Positions 20,339 through 29,595 of a stretch of 64,000 nt of DNA are shown one piece after another. The position numbers were made by a program, and so were the translations under genes. Every line of letters begins with the position of its first letter. Position 1 is the first letter of the stretch. The notes beneath the pieces were generated by a model. The model did not search any database. It saw only the letters and a list, made by a program, of their open reading frames with translations, and was not told the DNA's origin. Source of the DNA: a virus (lineage: Duplodnaviria > Caudoviricetes); IMG/VR virus record IMGVR_UViG_3300021256_000078, positions 31,238 to 95,237 of that record; one strand, written 5' to 3'.

Positions 20339-20829
20339 TCTGTGGTCTCCTTTACGGTCTGGACCTCAACGCCGGTGTCATCACTCTGTACTTCGGCCTC
20401 TGAAGGAATGAACCGCAATTTAACCTTCACATCTGAGAGATCAAGCGGTTCCTTCATATACTGATTCTCGACAGCATAGTTCAGAACGGACTTCAGGAAA
20501 TAAAATGCGTTCTTGACAGTCTTTTCGGATTTTCCGGAGCTGAGTTCGTCCCAAATGGCTTCCTGGATCAGTGTCGGTGTCAGGCTGCTGAGTCTGTGAT
20601 ACCGGATTCCCTGAAAATACTTGCTCTGATAGTTCTTGTAGGTTTTGACAGTGTTCTCGGACTTGGTCTCCCGACAGGCGTAAATATAATAGTCCATGAC
20701 GTAGTCCAGTAAGCAGTAGTCTGCAGGATCCTCTTCGACTTTCTGCTGGAGTTCGGTTGAATAGCTGAATGTTTCCTTGAAGAAGTTTCTGATCTTCTTG
20801 AATGCTGCAAAAACTTTAGTGAGTGACAT
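20335..20829 (-). CDS. stand-alone integrase core-binding (SAM-like) domain protein
   Basis: SENTVKTYK...LSSLTPTLIQ...KSEKTVKNAFYFLKSVL aligns with the core-binding domain of the neighbouring integrase; no catalytic domain. Confidence 0.7.
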   Translation of the reverse strand: MSLTKVFAAFKKIRNFFKETFSYSTELQQKVEEDPADYCLLDYVMDYYIYACRETKSENTVKTYKNYQSKYFQGIRYHRLSSLTPTLIQEAIWDELSSGKSEKTVKNAFYFLKSVLNYAVENQYMKEPLDLSDVKVKLRFIPSEAEVQSDDTGVEVQTVKETTE

Positions 20830-20943
20830 TTTCTTTTTCTCCTTTATTATAATAGTAGTCATCGCCTGTTAATTAGGCCTTTAATCTAGTAGGTGCTATC
20901 AACGACAAACGGGCCTTTCATCTGATGCATTACAGTAGCCCTT

Positions 20944-21141
20944 TTAATTTAGGTAGGCATTATCGACACCCAGAAGAATATTCATGTCAAACGGTGTCAA
21001 TAAACCTCTTTTGTGCATTGCATCTTGAAAAGCGGCATATGCTATAGCTTCACGTTCTCTTTTCGATGGCGGTTTTGGCTTCGGTGGGATTTCACCGTTT
21101 TTAGCAGCAATCGCTGTCGGATTATACTTATGTTGACCCAT
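20944..21141 (-). CDS. hypothetical protein
   Basis: GAGG RBS before MGQHK. Confidence 0.55.
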   Translation of the reverse strand: MGQHKYNPTAIAAKNGEIPPKPKPPSKREREAIAYAAFQDAMHKRGLLTPFDMNILLGVDNAYLN

Positions 21142-21172
21142 TATAGTCGACCTCTTCCTCGCTGTACCACTA

Positions 21173-21901
21173 TTAATAACGAACCCGTCTGGCATAACCG
21201 TCAACTCCGAATTCGTTTGTCAAATAAATACCCTGAGGTGTCAGCTCTGCAAATCTATAGCTTACATCCCAGGGCTTTGAGGTTTCGTGGTGCCAAGTCC
21301 AAATCTCTTCTCTGACAATGTCATAGTATTCAGTAAGGACCGGATTGTTTTCAGAATATCCGAGAAACTGCGCTTCCTGAGCGACAATGGAATTGAAATC
21401 GTTAACTCCGCCACCAAAGTCCACTCTGTCACACATGCAGCGGATATAGGTCCTGATGTCCCGTTCACTGTATCCGTATTTGTCGATAAAGTTCCGGATA
21501 CCGTAAATGGCCTTTGCTCCGTCTTTGGCTTCCTTGTCGATAATGGCTTCCTCCGTCTTAAGAGCTGCTTCAGCCTGAGCCGCGATCTCTTTGGCCTTGG
21601 CATCCTGATTAGCCTGATAGTCAGCAAGGGCAGTTGCCGCGAAAGCTTCCGCAATCCGATTGGTCCGAATATCAAGGGCCCAGGAGACAAGTGACGCGAT
21701 AAGCAGGATGACCATCAGAATGGCAAATGCTCTGGTCAGTGGCAGAACCCAGGGATGCTTGTGGTCCAGCCTCTGAATTTCGTCGTTGTATTCCTTGGTA
21801 AGGTCCTGAAGGATTTCCAGGTTGGTTCTCTTTTTATATTCTTTGACTGCCTTTGGTCTTTCCGCCTTTTTCGGCATGTAAATTCTCATCGTTTCGTCCA
21901 T
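21173..21901 (-). CDS. membrane-anchored SleB/Hydrolase_2-like protein
   Basis: TM helix, coiled coil, then AKAIYG..DRVD..IVAQEAQFLGY. Confidence 0.5.
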   Translation of the reverse strand: MDETMRIYMPKKAERPKAVKEYKKRTNLEILQDLTKEYNDEIQRLDHKHPWVLPLTRAFAILMVILLIASLVSWALDIRTNRIAEAFAATALADYQANQDAKAKEIAAQAEAALKTEEAIIDKEAKDGAKAIYGIRNFIDKYGYSERDIRTYIRCMCDRVDFGGGVNDFNSIVAQEAQFLGYSENNPVLTEYYDIVREEIWTWHHETSKPWDVSYRFAELTPQGIYLTNEFGVDGYARRVRY

Positions 21902-22511
21902 TGTGAATAGATTCTCCTTCCATTTTGATTTTGTCGAATAACTTGAAAACCTTATTGATGTCATGGCGCTTCTTTCGGTTCTTCGCCGCATAATAGTATT
22001 TTCGATCCTGCTTTGACGACTTAGGAAGTTTTCGATAGTCTTCTTGAATAATCCGCTTGTTCTTGTCGTGAGCCAGGATATAGTTCAGAATGCTTTCGAA
22101 AGACTCCTGGGGTGCTACATCTTTCTGCCTGTGAAATCTTCCCTTCACAAGTTCCTTTGGGTTCAGATCAGGATCAAAGTGGTCACGTCCGAATGAGTTC
22201 ATGTGATATAAACGCCAAAGTCTATCCTCCTTTCCGTAAACTGCTTTCCAGAATCCAATACTTGTTTTCACACAGATCGAATTGGAAAACTTGTCGAACA
22301 TGCAGTCGAGTTTTTCTATAGTTCGGTAATAGTATGCGATGCCGGGTGGTCTCTGACAAAAACTGCAGGGCTTGTAGCCTTGTTTTCTGAGTTCTCTGAA
22401 GTTACTTGTCTGCCATTTATTGTCGCTCTTGATATTTTTGGCATAGGGACACCAGCTGTCGTGATAAATCTTCTTATCCTTGCTGACGACCCTGCCATAT
22501 TTGTGTCTCAT
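21834..22511 (-). CDS. Ada-type metal-binding domain protein
   Basis: IYHDSWCPYAKNI...GYKPCSFC. Confidence 0.6.
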   Translation of the reverse strand: MRHKYGRVVSKDKKIYHDSWCPYAKNIKSDNKWQTSNFRELRKQGYKPCSFCQRPPGIAYYYRTIEKLDCMFDKFSNSICVKTSIGFWKAVYGKEDRLWRLYHMNSFGRDHFDPDLNPKELVKGRFHRQKDVAPQESFESILNYILAHDKNKRIIQEDYRKLPKSSKQDRKYYYAAKNRKKRHDINKVFKLFDKIKMEGESIHNGRNDENLHAEKGGKTKGSQRI

Positions 22512-22582
22512 AGTTCCATCACCTCCTTTCAGATAAAAGAAAAGAGAGCCGCTGTATAAACGACTCTCATTTCATCCTCTTT

Positions 22583-22699
22583 CTACTTTCCAATCAGAAA
22601 AGTATCAATATACGCCTCCCCTCCAGTTGAATTCCACATGTTCCAGGCAATTCCTCCTTTACACATATAATCCAATACCTTTTTGAGTATTGCTAACAT
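22583..22699 (-). CDS. 38-aa peptide (not in the ORF track)
   Basis: Motif at 22740, AAGGAG RBS, downstream terminator. Confidence 0.5.
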   Translation of the reverse strand: MLAILKKVLDYMCKGGIAWNMWNSTGGEAYIDTFLIGK

Positions 22700-22866
22700 A
22701 ATTGATGCTCCTTCCTATAAGTAAAGTTTATTGTGTTCTCTACTATAGAAAATGTAAAAATTACGAATTTACCAAAATATGTTCTAAAAACAAAAAGAAA
22801 GGGCCACTGAATTCCCTTTCCACTATAGGAATTGTAAATTTTACGAGGCATTTACAATTGATAGCC

Positions 22867-22915
22867 TTTCAGTTCTGAAATATCTCTTTCAATTTTGAAA
22901 GTTTTATGTTAGAAT
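22867..22915 (+). promoter_or_regulatory. tandem TTTCA-N4-TGAAA palindromes with an extended -10 (TGTTAGAAT)
   Basis: 22867-22880 and 22887-22900; near copy of 8998-9046. Confidence 0.6.
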
Positions 22916-22957
22916 TGCCCGGATCTTTCAAAAAATATAAGACGCTGTAAAACAAAC

Positions 22958-23017
22958 GAAGAGACCGGAAAGTCCTTACGGATCCCAAAGGATTCATAAA
23001 GCTTTTCGGTCTCTTCA
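22958..23017. terminator. long hairpin at the end of the late operon (or a + strand sRNA)
   Basis: GAAGAGACCGGAAAG/CTTTTCGGTCTCTTC with an inner stem. Confidence 0.6.
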
Positions 23018-23034
23018 TGCTTATGCGTGCTTAG

Positions 23035-23499
23035 TTACGGCAATTTTCCGATCAGTTTGAACACTGCCATGTAGTTTTCGGCACCCTCCCGATCGACACA
23101 GCCCACACACGCGATATCAGTCGGGAGCCTGAGATACACTCCTGCCCCATCCAGCTGGTAGCCATGCCGCAGAACCCTTACTCTTGCAACATAAAGGCAT
23201 CTGTACTGCAGGGTTTCGTTCGGCATAATCATGAACGCAGTGTCATCCGGACGGCATTTCCAGATATCCCAGCTTCCTTTTCCGGCATTGCTCTTGGATT
23301 CAGCATGATCGGCGATAAGTTTTCCGACACCGAAGTTCTGAATGGATGCCGCATTTTCCGTATCGACAATCTTCTGAACCGTATAGCCGTTTGCCTTATA
23401 TACCGGAATAGAAACGTTAAGCTCCGGAAGTTGCCAAACGCCATATGCTCCGATCGGAACTTCAGTCGTTCTCGGAATAGCAAAAACCGACGGATTCAT
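23035..23499 (-). CDS. sortase-like protein
   Basis: LPELNVSIPVY, LIADH and CVGC occur in sortase order; no TM anchor. Confidence 0.45.
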   Translation of the reverse strand: MNPSVFAIPRTTEVPIGAYGVWQLPELNVSIPVYKANGYTVQKIVDTENAASIQNFGVGKLIADHAESKSNAGKGSWDIWKCRPDDTAFMIMPNETLQYRCLYVARVRVLRHGYQLDGAGVYLRLPTDIACVGCVDREGAENYMAVFKLIGKLP

Positions 23500-23511
23500 A
23501 GAAATTGCTTA

Positions 23512-23772
23512 TTATCCTTCGGTATTTTCCGGTTCAGGAGTCGGCTCCGGAGTGTGTTCGGGCTGTGCCTCGTGATGAATGAACTCCTTGTAGCCTTCAA
23601 CCGCGTCAAGCTGCTCATCCGCAATCATGACATAGCCGGTGAGAACATCAGGGGCATTCCAGAGGGTCTGGCAGAGGCCGTGGAACTGAGTTTTTGCCTG
23701 TGCAATATCAGTGATACCCTCTGCATGCACAAAGAAGTTACCATTGATAACTTTAATAATAGAATATTTCAT
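23512..23772 (-). CDS. small tail-fibre-associated protein
   Basis: AGGAGG RBS; follows the fibre gene. Confidence 0.65.
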   Translation of the reverse strand: MKYSIIKVINGNFFVHAEGITDIAQAKTQFHGLCQTLWNAPDVLTGYVMIADEQLDAVEGYKEFIHHEAQPEHTPEPTPEPENTEG

Positions 23773-24020
23773 TGATTTGTCCTCCTAATTAAGAATTGGC
23801 GATCGCCTGAGCAATCTTATTGTTGATATAAAGTTTGGTATCCTTCGGAGCTATGACTTCAGCATTATCTGTTAATAGGCTTTAACATCACCATCACCAA
23901 GGATTTGCCATCCATGTAAAGGCATCCATTAATAATTTCTCCTTTAGTGTGTATTATTGTATTCTAAATAGGCCGTTAAGTGACGTAAGATTGATTGCAA
24001 ACTGTGGCATAAAGTGCCAT

Positions 24021-27000
24021 TTAATAAATGTTGTCATACGGTAACGCCAGCCCGATCAGGTTGACGATCTCGCGGAACATGATCAGGTAGCCAGTATCGT
24101 TCGGGTGCAGGGTGTCCGATAGGCAGGTGTGCTCCCAGTCGGTGCCGGTGAACCTGCAAAACTTTGAAACCGCGTTGTATACGTTGCAAACCTGCACGTT
24201 ATTGTTGAAGCAAATTTTCGAAATATAATTGGCAATGTCAAACAGATGAATCCACCGTTTCGCTCCCTCTACTACGTTCGTTTCGTCTGCCACTCCGCTC
24301 GGCGGCGGCGTATTGATGATGAAAGCAACGTCATTGTTCCGGCAATATTCAATGATCTGTTTCATGTTGGATGTGAGCGTCGAAATTCGAAGGGCTCGGT
24401 TATTTTCAACAACTCGTTTCCGATCATTTGTGCCATATGATATGATTACCACATCTGTATCGGTTGGGATCAACGTCTGGATATATGTGAGAAGGAAACT
24501 ACTGTCCGTTCCGCTGCACCCATTGTTCAGAACTGTTGCGTTGTAGTTGTCTTCAATGTAATCTTTGAAAAGGTTAGCCCAGCAATAACCGGAGGTATTC
24601 CGCTTATAGCTGAGGCCCGGAACGATTACCTCTCCATCATTAGCATATCCAGTGCCGCCGACACCCGCTGTAATGCTGTCCCCGACTAGAACAACCTTTG
24701 TGGTTTTAGTTTCATCGACAAGCCGGTTAAGTGCCTCTTCAATGTTTTTCCAGTTTTCAAACTCTCTGGTGAAAGTTGTTTCGCGTTTCTTGATAACGAT
24801 TTGCGCCGTGCCAGATACTTTGGTCGAAGCGATGATATAGTTGATGCTATCGGGGATGCTTAGCTTATAGTTGACAAACGTATACGTATCATTTTCGGCA
24901 ATGCGATCAAGGATCGATGCCACAAAATAATTAACGTTTGGCTCACTATATCCGCAGACCCCGGAAAGCTTCTGGATTGTTCCAGTGTAATAATATTCTG
25001 CGTTATGATCGACCTCAATAAACGGAGTCCTTGCGTAGTTTTCGGATGCACTGCTTCGCTTCCCGTTTGTGCAATCTACATAGCCCTCTTCCTGTGTGAA
25101 GCTCAGATTGGTGTCCATGTACACATATCCACCCACAGCGTCGATCTTAGTGTTGAGCGCCGTTGTCTCGGCGTTAATATCGTCCAACGCGCTCGGTATC
25201 GTTTTGCCGCTATAAGACTCGCTCCCACTATTGTCATTAAGAATCAAAAACGCTGCAGAAGGAGGTGCGGTAATCACTAGATTTGCTGCGATCAGTGACT
25301 GGGGAGAAACCGATAGGACGTTGTATAAAGCATCAGTAAAGCACCAGAGCCGCTGAACGCCGCCTCCCTGGCCGTTGACAGTGAAAACGTCCCCCGGAAC
25401 ACACGGAACAACCATATAGCGCCACGAGTATGAGGCGCTGTATGACTGGCTATTAACATCAACAGTGCTTCCATTAGTGATAAGGTAATAATGCTCTTCC
25501 GACCACCCGGTCAAGGAGGTACAGCCTGTAATGTCACTTAATTGGCGACTTAAGTCCTCAATGTCATTTTCCTTAATATCACTTATTTGCTGAGACAAAT
25601 TATTTACTATGCTATCATTCCGACTTCTAATCTCTGAATCAACAGTGGTACTAACAATATTTGTCCCTGGTGTCAGCGTCGCACCTGCAGGAATAGCAGA
25701 TGCTACCTTGTAAAGCTGATTATTGTATACAAGCATGTCCCCAACTGCATAAGACTTGCTGGCAGCTGAGGTTGTTTCAATGGTCGCGAACATTGACTGA
25801 GTGGCGGAGACTTCCGATTTTACAGCATCAGCTTTAGTGTCAACTATGGCCTTGGTGTCTGCTGGATAAGTGACCTCAACGTCTCCGGTTGAAGACCAGA
25901 TGTTGTTTGTGCCGTAGAGGGTGGTCAGCTTGTTTCCAGTCAGAGTGTATTCGACAGGCTCGGCAAGCTCATAGCAGAGCTGAACGCCTGACATGGCAGT
26001 TTTGAACGATTCTGCATCTGAATACCGATTATCAATGATGTCAACATTCGCAGAGTTCGTCGGCACAGAACATGTTTTGTCTGATCTTACATTTTGTGCC
26101 ACATATGGATAAGCAGAACAAAGTAGTTTAATTTTCCCAGCCGTATTTGTAATTTTCTTGATGAGTGGTATGGCAGCTCTAAAAAGAGTCCCTTGATCAA
26201 CATTGTATTTTGTCCACGTCAAAGTTCCAAGATCTGGAATATATCCCATATCAGAAACATACTTCCCGCCAATAATATCGCCTTCGCCACCGTAGATCGT
26301 CTCTGGGAACGTGACTGAGATTTGGTCGCCGGTGTAAGGGTGGTACGTGGTAGCAGTAGAACCAAACTCTAATTGCGCAGGAATAGTACCATCAGCATTC
26401 TGTTTGAAAAATTCAACTAGTGAGCACCCTGACGGAACTGTGAATACGATTGGTTGATTTGTATTGGAATAGTTCCAATGACTGCTATTTGAATGAGTCC
26501 ACGAAGAATCAAGCCCTAATGCCGACTTTGAATCGTAATAATTTCCACTGCTGTCTTTCGCTCTCATGTACCAAAGACCACTCTGTGAAAACGCACGATT
26601 CCATGACAACACATAAGTTCCGGGCTTCAAATATACAGCTTTGGCCGTTGAAGATACTTTCCAATCTATCAGGTTTTCCCCTGTCCCTGTCACCTCAGCG
26701 CCCGTCCATCCGCTGATCGGGCAAATGTTGGAGTAGGGAGAGAACTGCGCTGAAGGTGTTGAGCCGTTTTCAAGTTGAAAATATACTTTCTGGTTGTTAT
26801 ATGTCGTTCCGTTTGTAACCGCCGTACGGAAAAGCACGGTTGTTTCTTCTGAAAGCGTAAAGGTTGGACTTCCAGTAATAGCAAGCCTTGTGGAATCACT
26901 CGTCCTGTAAACTTCAAAACCGATATTATCTATCTGCCCGAATGCGCTGAGAGTGTAAGTTCCTGCTGGAAGTGTATCCGTGTATCCATTTGAAACCGCC

Positions 27001-29582
27001 AGCGCAATAGACGGGATTCCGGTTGTTGCTGCTGCCGTTCCGTTAAAAGTTACACTTCCGTCATCTGCATAAGTGAATGTCACACCAGCACTGGCGTTAG
27101 TGCAGACATAAGGTTTATGCAGATTCTTCCCACCCCCCGCAGGCCACGGATGATCATACCCGTGCAAATCCTGCGCAGGCTCGATCTGAGCCACCAGCTT
27201 CTTCACGGGAACAGAATCTGCTCCATCGTCAAAGGATGCAATAGCCGCAGGACCGACTGTTTCCATAATGGCCGGGGCTTTGCTTCCAAGACCGGTTTCC
27301 GGATCGGATACGGTTTCTTCAAGCGTACTTACCTTTTCATTCAGAACTTCAATCGGCTCGGTGAACACTTCGCCATAGTGGATTGTTGGGTCCTTGTAGT
27401 AGGTAAGCTTCTGAATATCACCGCAATCAGCCCAGATGTTGTTTGTGCCGTGAAGGGTAGTCAGAATATCGGAGACTTCGGCAGAGGTGAGGTGGATGGT
27501 CTGAGGCGAGGCGAGCTGGTAGACCAACTGGACACCGGACATTGCTGTCTTGAATTCTGCGGATGTCAGGCTACTATACAATTTTGATCTGACCCAAGTA
27601 CGATGATAGGTGCCAACACGAAGTTCAATAACATTATCTTCAGCGGCCGTATAAGCTTGGCCATATCGGAACATACTACAAAGTATATTTGTACTATTTG
27701 AAGCGCCAAAGTTCGTTTCGCTGAAAAACTGATAAAGACCGGCTTCGCCTTTCACCCATGCCAAACTGCCGAGATCAACCAGTCCTTTATCCACCACCAG
27801 CATCCCCGTTTTGTCGGGGTTGATCGTAAGCGTACCGCTGTAGACTGTGCCGCTATCACCAGCTTCTGACGGGAACGCGACGGAGATTTGGTTGCCGGTG
27901 TAGGGTTCGTAATCGGTAGCGGTAGAGCCGAGTTCAACCATGATATCAAATCGTGCAAAGATTTTTTCAAATGCTTCCTGTGTCTTAGGATAAATGAACA
28001 GGTTAGAACAAATAATACCTGAACGTATGCTTATATTCGAAGCGTTAGCAGAAACAGTGCTATTTTGCAGTGCCCAGTTATATTCGATTGCTTTATCTAC
28101 TTTGCTGAAATCATCAGCAGTAAATCCGACAGCTATGCCTTCCAACGAAATTGATGTATCCTTATCAACAAATGTATATCGAGCGATTTGCCCGTCTGGT
28201 ATGGCATTATTGATATATAAGTAACTTTTACCTGTAGACCATGCCGAAAAATCGGAATTGAACAGATTCTTCCCCGTCCTCGTCACGTTTGCACCCGTCC
28301 ATCCACTGATCGGGCAGATGTTGGAGTAGGGGGAGTAAGTCGTTATAGTCGCAGGATAATTGATGGCGATGTTGTTGTTATAAGTCGTACCATACGATGT
28401 GACAGTCATGAAATTTATATAATAACAATCCGAAGATACGGAAAATGAAACGTCTGGGCCAACAAAGTTTCCGCTGTTTCCTACACGCAAATAGCTCTTA
28501 TCCGAATCATATTCAAACCAGCATATCCTTGCTCCTGTAATATAATACGTAGTTCCGGGAGTTACTGGAATATAGTTTTTGTTCCTAATGCGATCGGTAG
28601 AAGTATTTTTTGCTCCGCTGTCATCGTGATATCCGCCGACTTCCCACTGCTCATCCCACTGATTAGCTCCACCACCCGCAGGCCACGGGTTATCATACCC
28701 ATGCAGATCCTGCACAGGCTCGATTCCAACCGTCAGGGCTTTAACTGGAATGTTGTCGGCGCCATCGTCAAATGACGCGATTTTCGCATCCTCAATGGTG
28801 TTCTGCGGATAAACACCGCGCAGAAAATCGCCGACGATTTCAGCATCTGCCGCCTTGCCGGATTGAGTCAGTGTCTCGTCGGTGTAACGATATACCGTAA
28901 CACTGATCCCGGCTGCATCACTCGGTGCAATCGTTCCATTATTGGTCTTCGCAACCAGCAGACGGATGTATTTACCATTTGAGTGCTGAATCATCGTGCT
29001 TTCACTGATCCAGTCAGGGGCCGCATCGACAAAAGTCTCTGGTGTGTCGCCGTTGTACGCAAACCACTTGAACGTAAGACCGCTCGGAAGCGTCACGTGA
29101 TAACCGCAGTCAGGTTCGATCTCATAGTAACCGGAACGCAGCCGGATCGTAGAATCTACCGTAGTCGGGATTCCATCTCTTGTGTCCAGGCTTCCGTTTT
29201 CAAAGCTGGGCTTCAGGTCGGACTCAGTCACAAGTCCCATTTTGAATTCTTCGAGATCGTCGATTTCCTTCTCAATGGTTTCGATATTGGTATCGAACTC
29301 CTCAGAACTCGGCAGATTCTGAACCTTGTCCTGATCTTCGTTTGTATAGTCGTTCGTCGAAAGGCCTTTACCCTCAACTGCGTTCACAAGTCCAAGCTCA
29401 GTTCCGGTCTTATTCCCAGTCAGGGTAACGCCGTTGATCTGGGGCTTGTTCTTCAGCTGAACATAGTTTTTCGTACCCTCGCCGATCTCATCGGTCAGAT
29501 CCATACCGAGGAGCGACTGATCGGAGCCGAAATCCAATGCGTTGTTCAGATCGCCGTCTGTAAAAGTAACATCCAATTTCAT
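24021..29582 (-). CDS. modular tail fibre / receptor-binding protein with a C-terminal SGNH (GDSL) esterase
   Basis: NKPQINGVTLTGNK and EGKGLSTNDYT fibre motifs; two ~500-aa homologous modules; GDSIT, GTND, DTLHPN. Confidence 0.85.
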   Translation of the reverse strand: MKLDVTFTDGDLNNALDFGSDQSLLGMDLTDEIGEGTKNYVQLKNKPQINGVTLTGNKTGTELGLVNAVEGKGLSTNDYTNEDQDKVQNLPSSEEFDTNIETIEKEIDDLEEFKMGLVTESDLKPSFENGSLDTRDGIPTTVDSTIRLRSGYYEIEPDCGYHVTLPSGLTFKWFAYNGDTPETFVDAAPDWISESTMIQHSNGKYIRLLVAKTNNGTIAPSDAAGISVTVYRYTDETLTQSGKAADAEIVGDFLRGVYPQNTIEDAKIASFDDGADNIPVKALTVGIEPVQDLHGYDNPWPAGGGANQWDEQWEVGGYHDDSGAKNTSTDRIRNKNYIPVTPGTTYYITGARICWFEYDSDKSYLRVGNSGNFVGPDVSFSVSSDCYYINFMTVTSYGTTYNNNIAINYPATITTYSPYSNICPISGWTGANVTRTGKNLFNSDFSAWSTGKSYLYINNAIPDGQIARYTFVDKDTSISLEGIAVGFTADDFSKVDKAIEYNWALQNSTVSANASNISIRSGIICSNLFIYPKTQEAFEKIFARFDIMVELGSTATDYEPYTGNQISVAFPSEAGDSGTVYSGTLTINPDKTGMLVVDKGLVDLGSLAWVKGEAGLYQFFSETNFGASNSTNILCSMFRYGQAYTAAEDNVIELRVGTYHRTWVRSKLYSSLTSAEFKTAMSGVQLVYQLASPQTIHLTSAEVSDILTTLHGTNNIWADCGDIQKLTYYKDPTIHYGEVFTEPIEVLNEKVSTLEETVSDPETGLGSKAPAIMETVGPAAIASFDDGADSVPVKKLVAQIEPAQDLHGYDHPWPAGGGKNLHKPYVCTNASAGVTFTYADDGSVTFNGTAAATTGIPSIALAVSNGYTDTLPAGTYTLSAFGQIDNIGFEVYRTSDSTRLAITGSPTFTLSEETTVLFRTAVTNGTTYNNQKVYFQLENGSTPSAQFSPYSNICPISGWTGAEVTGTGENLIDWKVSSTAKAVYLKPGTYVLSWNRAFSQSGLWYMRAKDSSGNYYDSKSALGLDSSWTHSNSSHWNYSNTNQPIVFTVPSGCSLVEFFKQNADGTIPAQLEFGSTATTYHPYTGDQISVTFPETIYGGEGDIIGGKYVSDMGYIPDLGTLTWTKYNVDQGTLFRAAIPLIKKITNTAGKIKLLCSAYPYVAQNVRSDKTCSVPTNSANVDIIDNRYSDAESFKTAMSGVQLCYELAEPVEYTLTGNKLTTLYGTNNIWSSTGDVEVTYPADTKAIVDTKADAVKSEVSATQSMFATIETTSAASKSYAVGDMLVYNNQLYKVASAIPAGATLTPGTNIVSTTVDSEIRSRNDSIVNNLSQQISDIKENDIEDLSRQLSDITGCTSLTGWSEEHYYLITNGSTVDVNSQSYSASYSWRYMVVPCVPGDVFTVNGQGGGVQRLWCFTDALYNVLSVSPQSLIAANLVITAPPSAAFLILNDNSGSESYSGKTIPSALDDINAETTALNTKIDAVGGYVYMDTNLSFTQEEGYVDCTNGKRSSASENYARTPFIEVDHNAEYYYTGTIQKLSGVCGYSEPNVNYFVASILDRIAENDTYTFVNYKLSIPDSINYIIASTKVSGTAQIVIKKRETTFTREFENWKNIEEALNRLVDETKTTKVVLVGDSITAGVGGTGYANDGEVIVPGLSYKRNTSGYCWANLFKDYIEDNYNATVLNNGCSGTDSSFLLTYIQTLIPTDTDVVIISYGTNDRKRVVENNRALRISTLTSNMKQIIEYCRNNDVAFIINTPPPSGVADETNVVEGAKRWIHLFDIANYISKICFNNNVQVCNVYNAVSKFCRFTGTDWEHTCLSDTLHPNDTGYLIMFREIVNLIGLALPYDNIY

Positions 29583-29595
29583 GGTATCACCTCAT

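Larger units (their letters stand above)
2299..22846 (-). repeat. 18 dispersed copies of a ~28-bp promoter-like motif TCGHAA-N5-ACA-N5-TATRRT
   Basis: Copies at about 2299, 8963, 10295, 10606, 11215, 11457, 11716, 12074, 12422, 12899, 13423, 14087, 14363, 14682, 15544, 16708, 22740, 22820; same strand, fixed spacing, most followed by an RBS. Confidence 0.9.
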
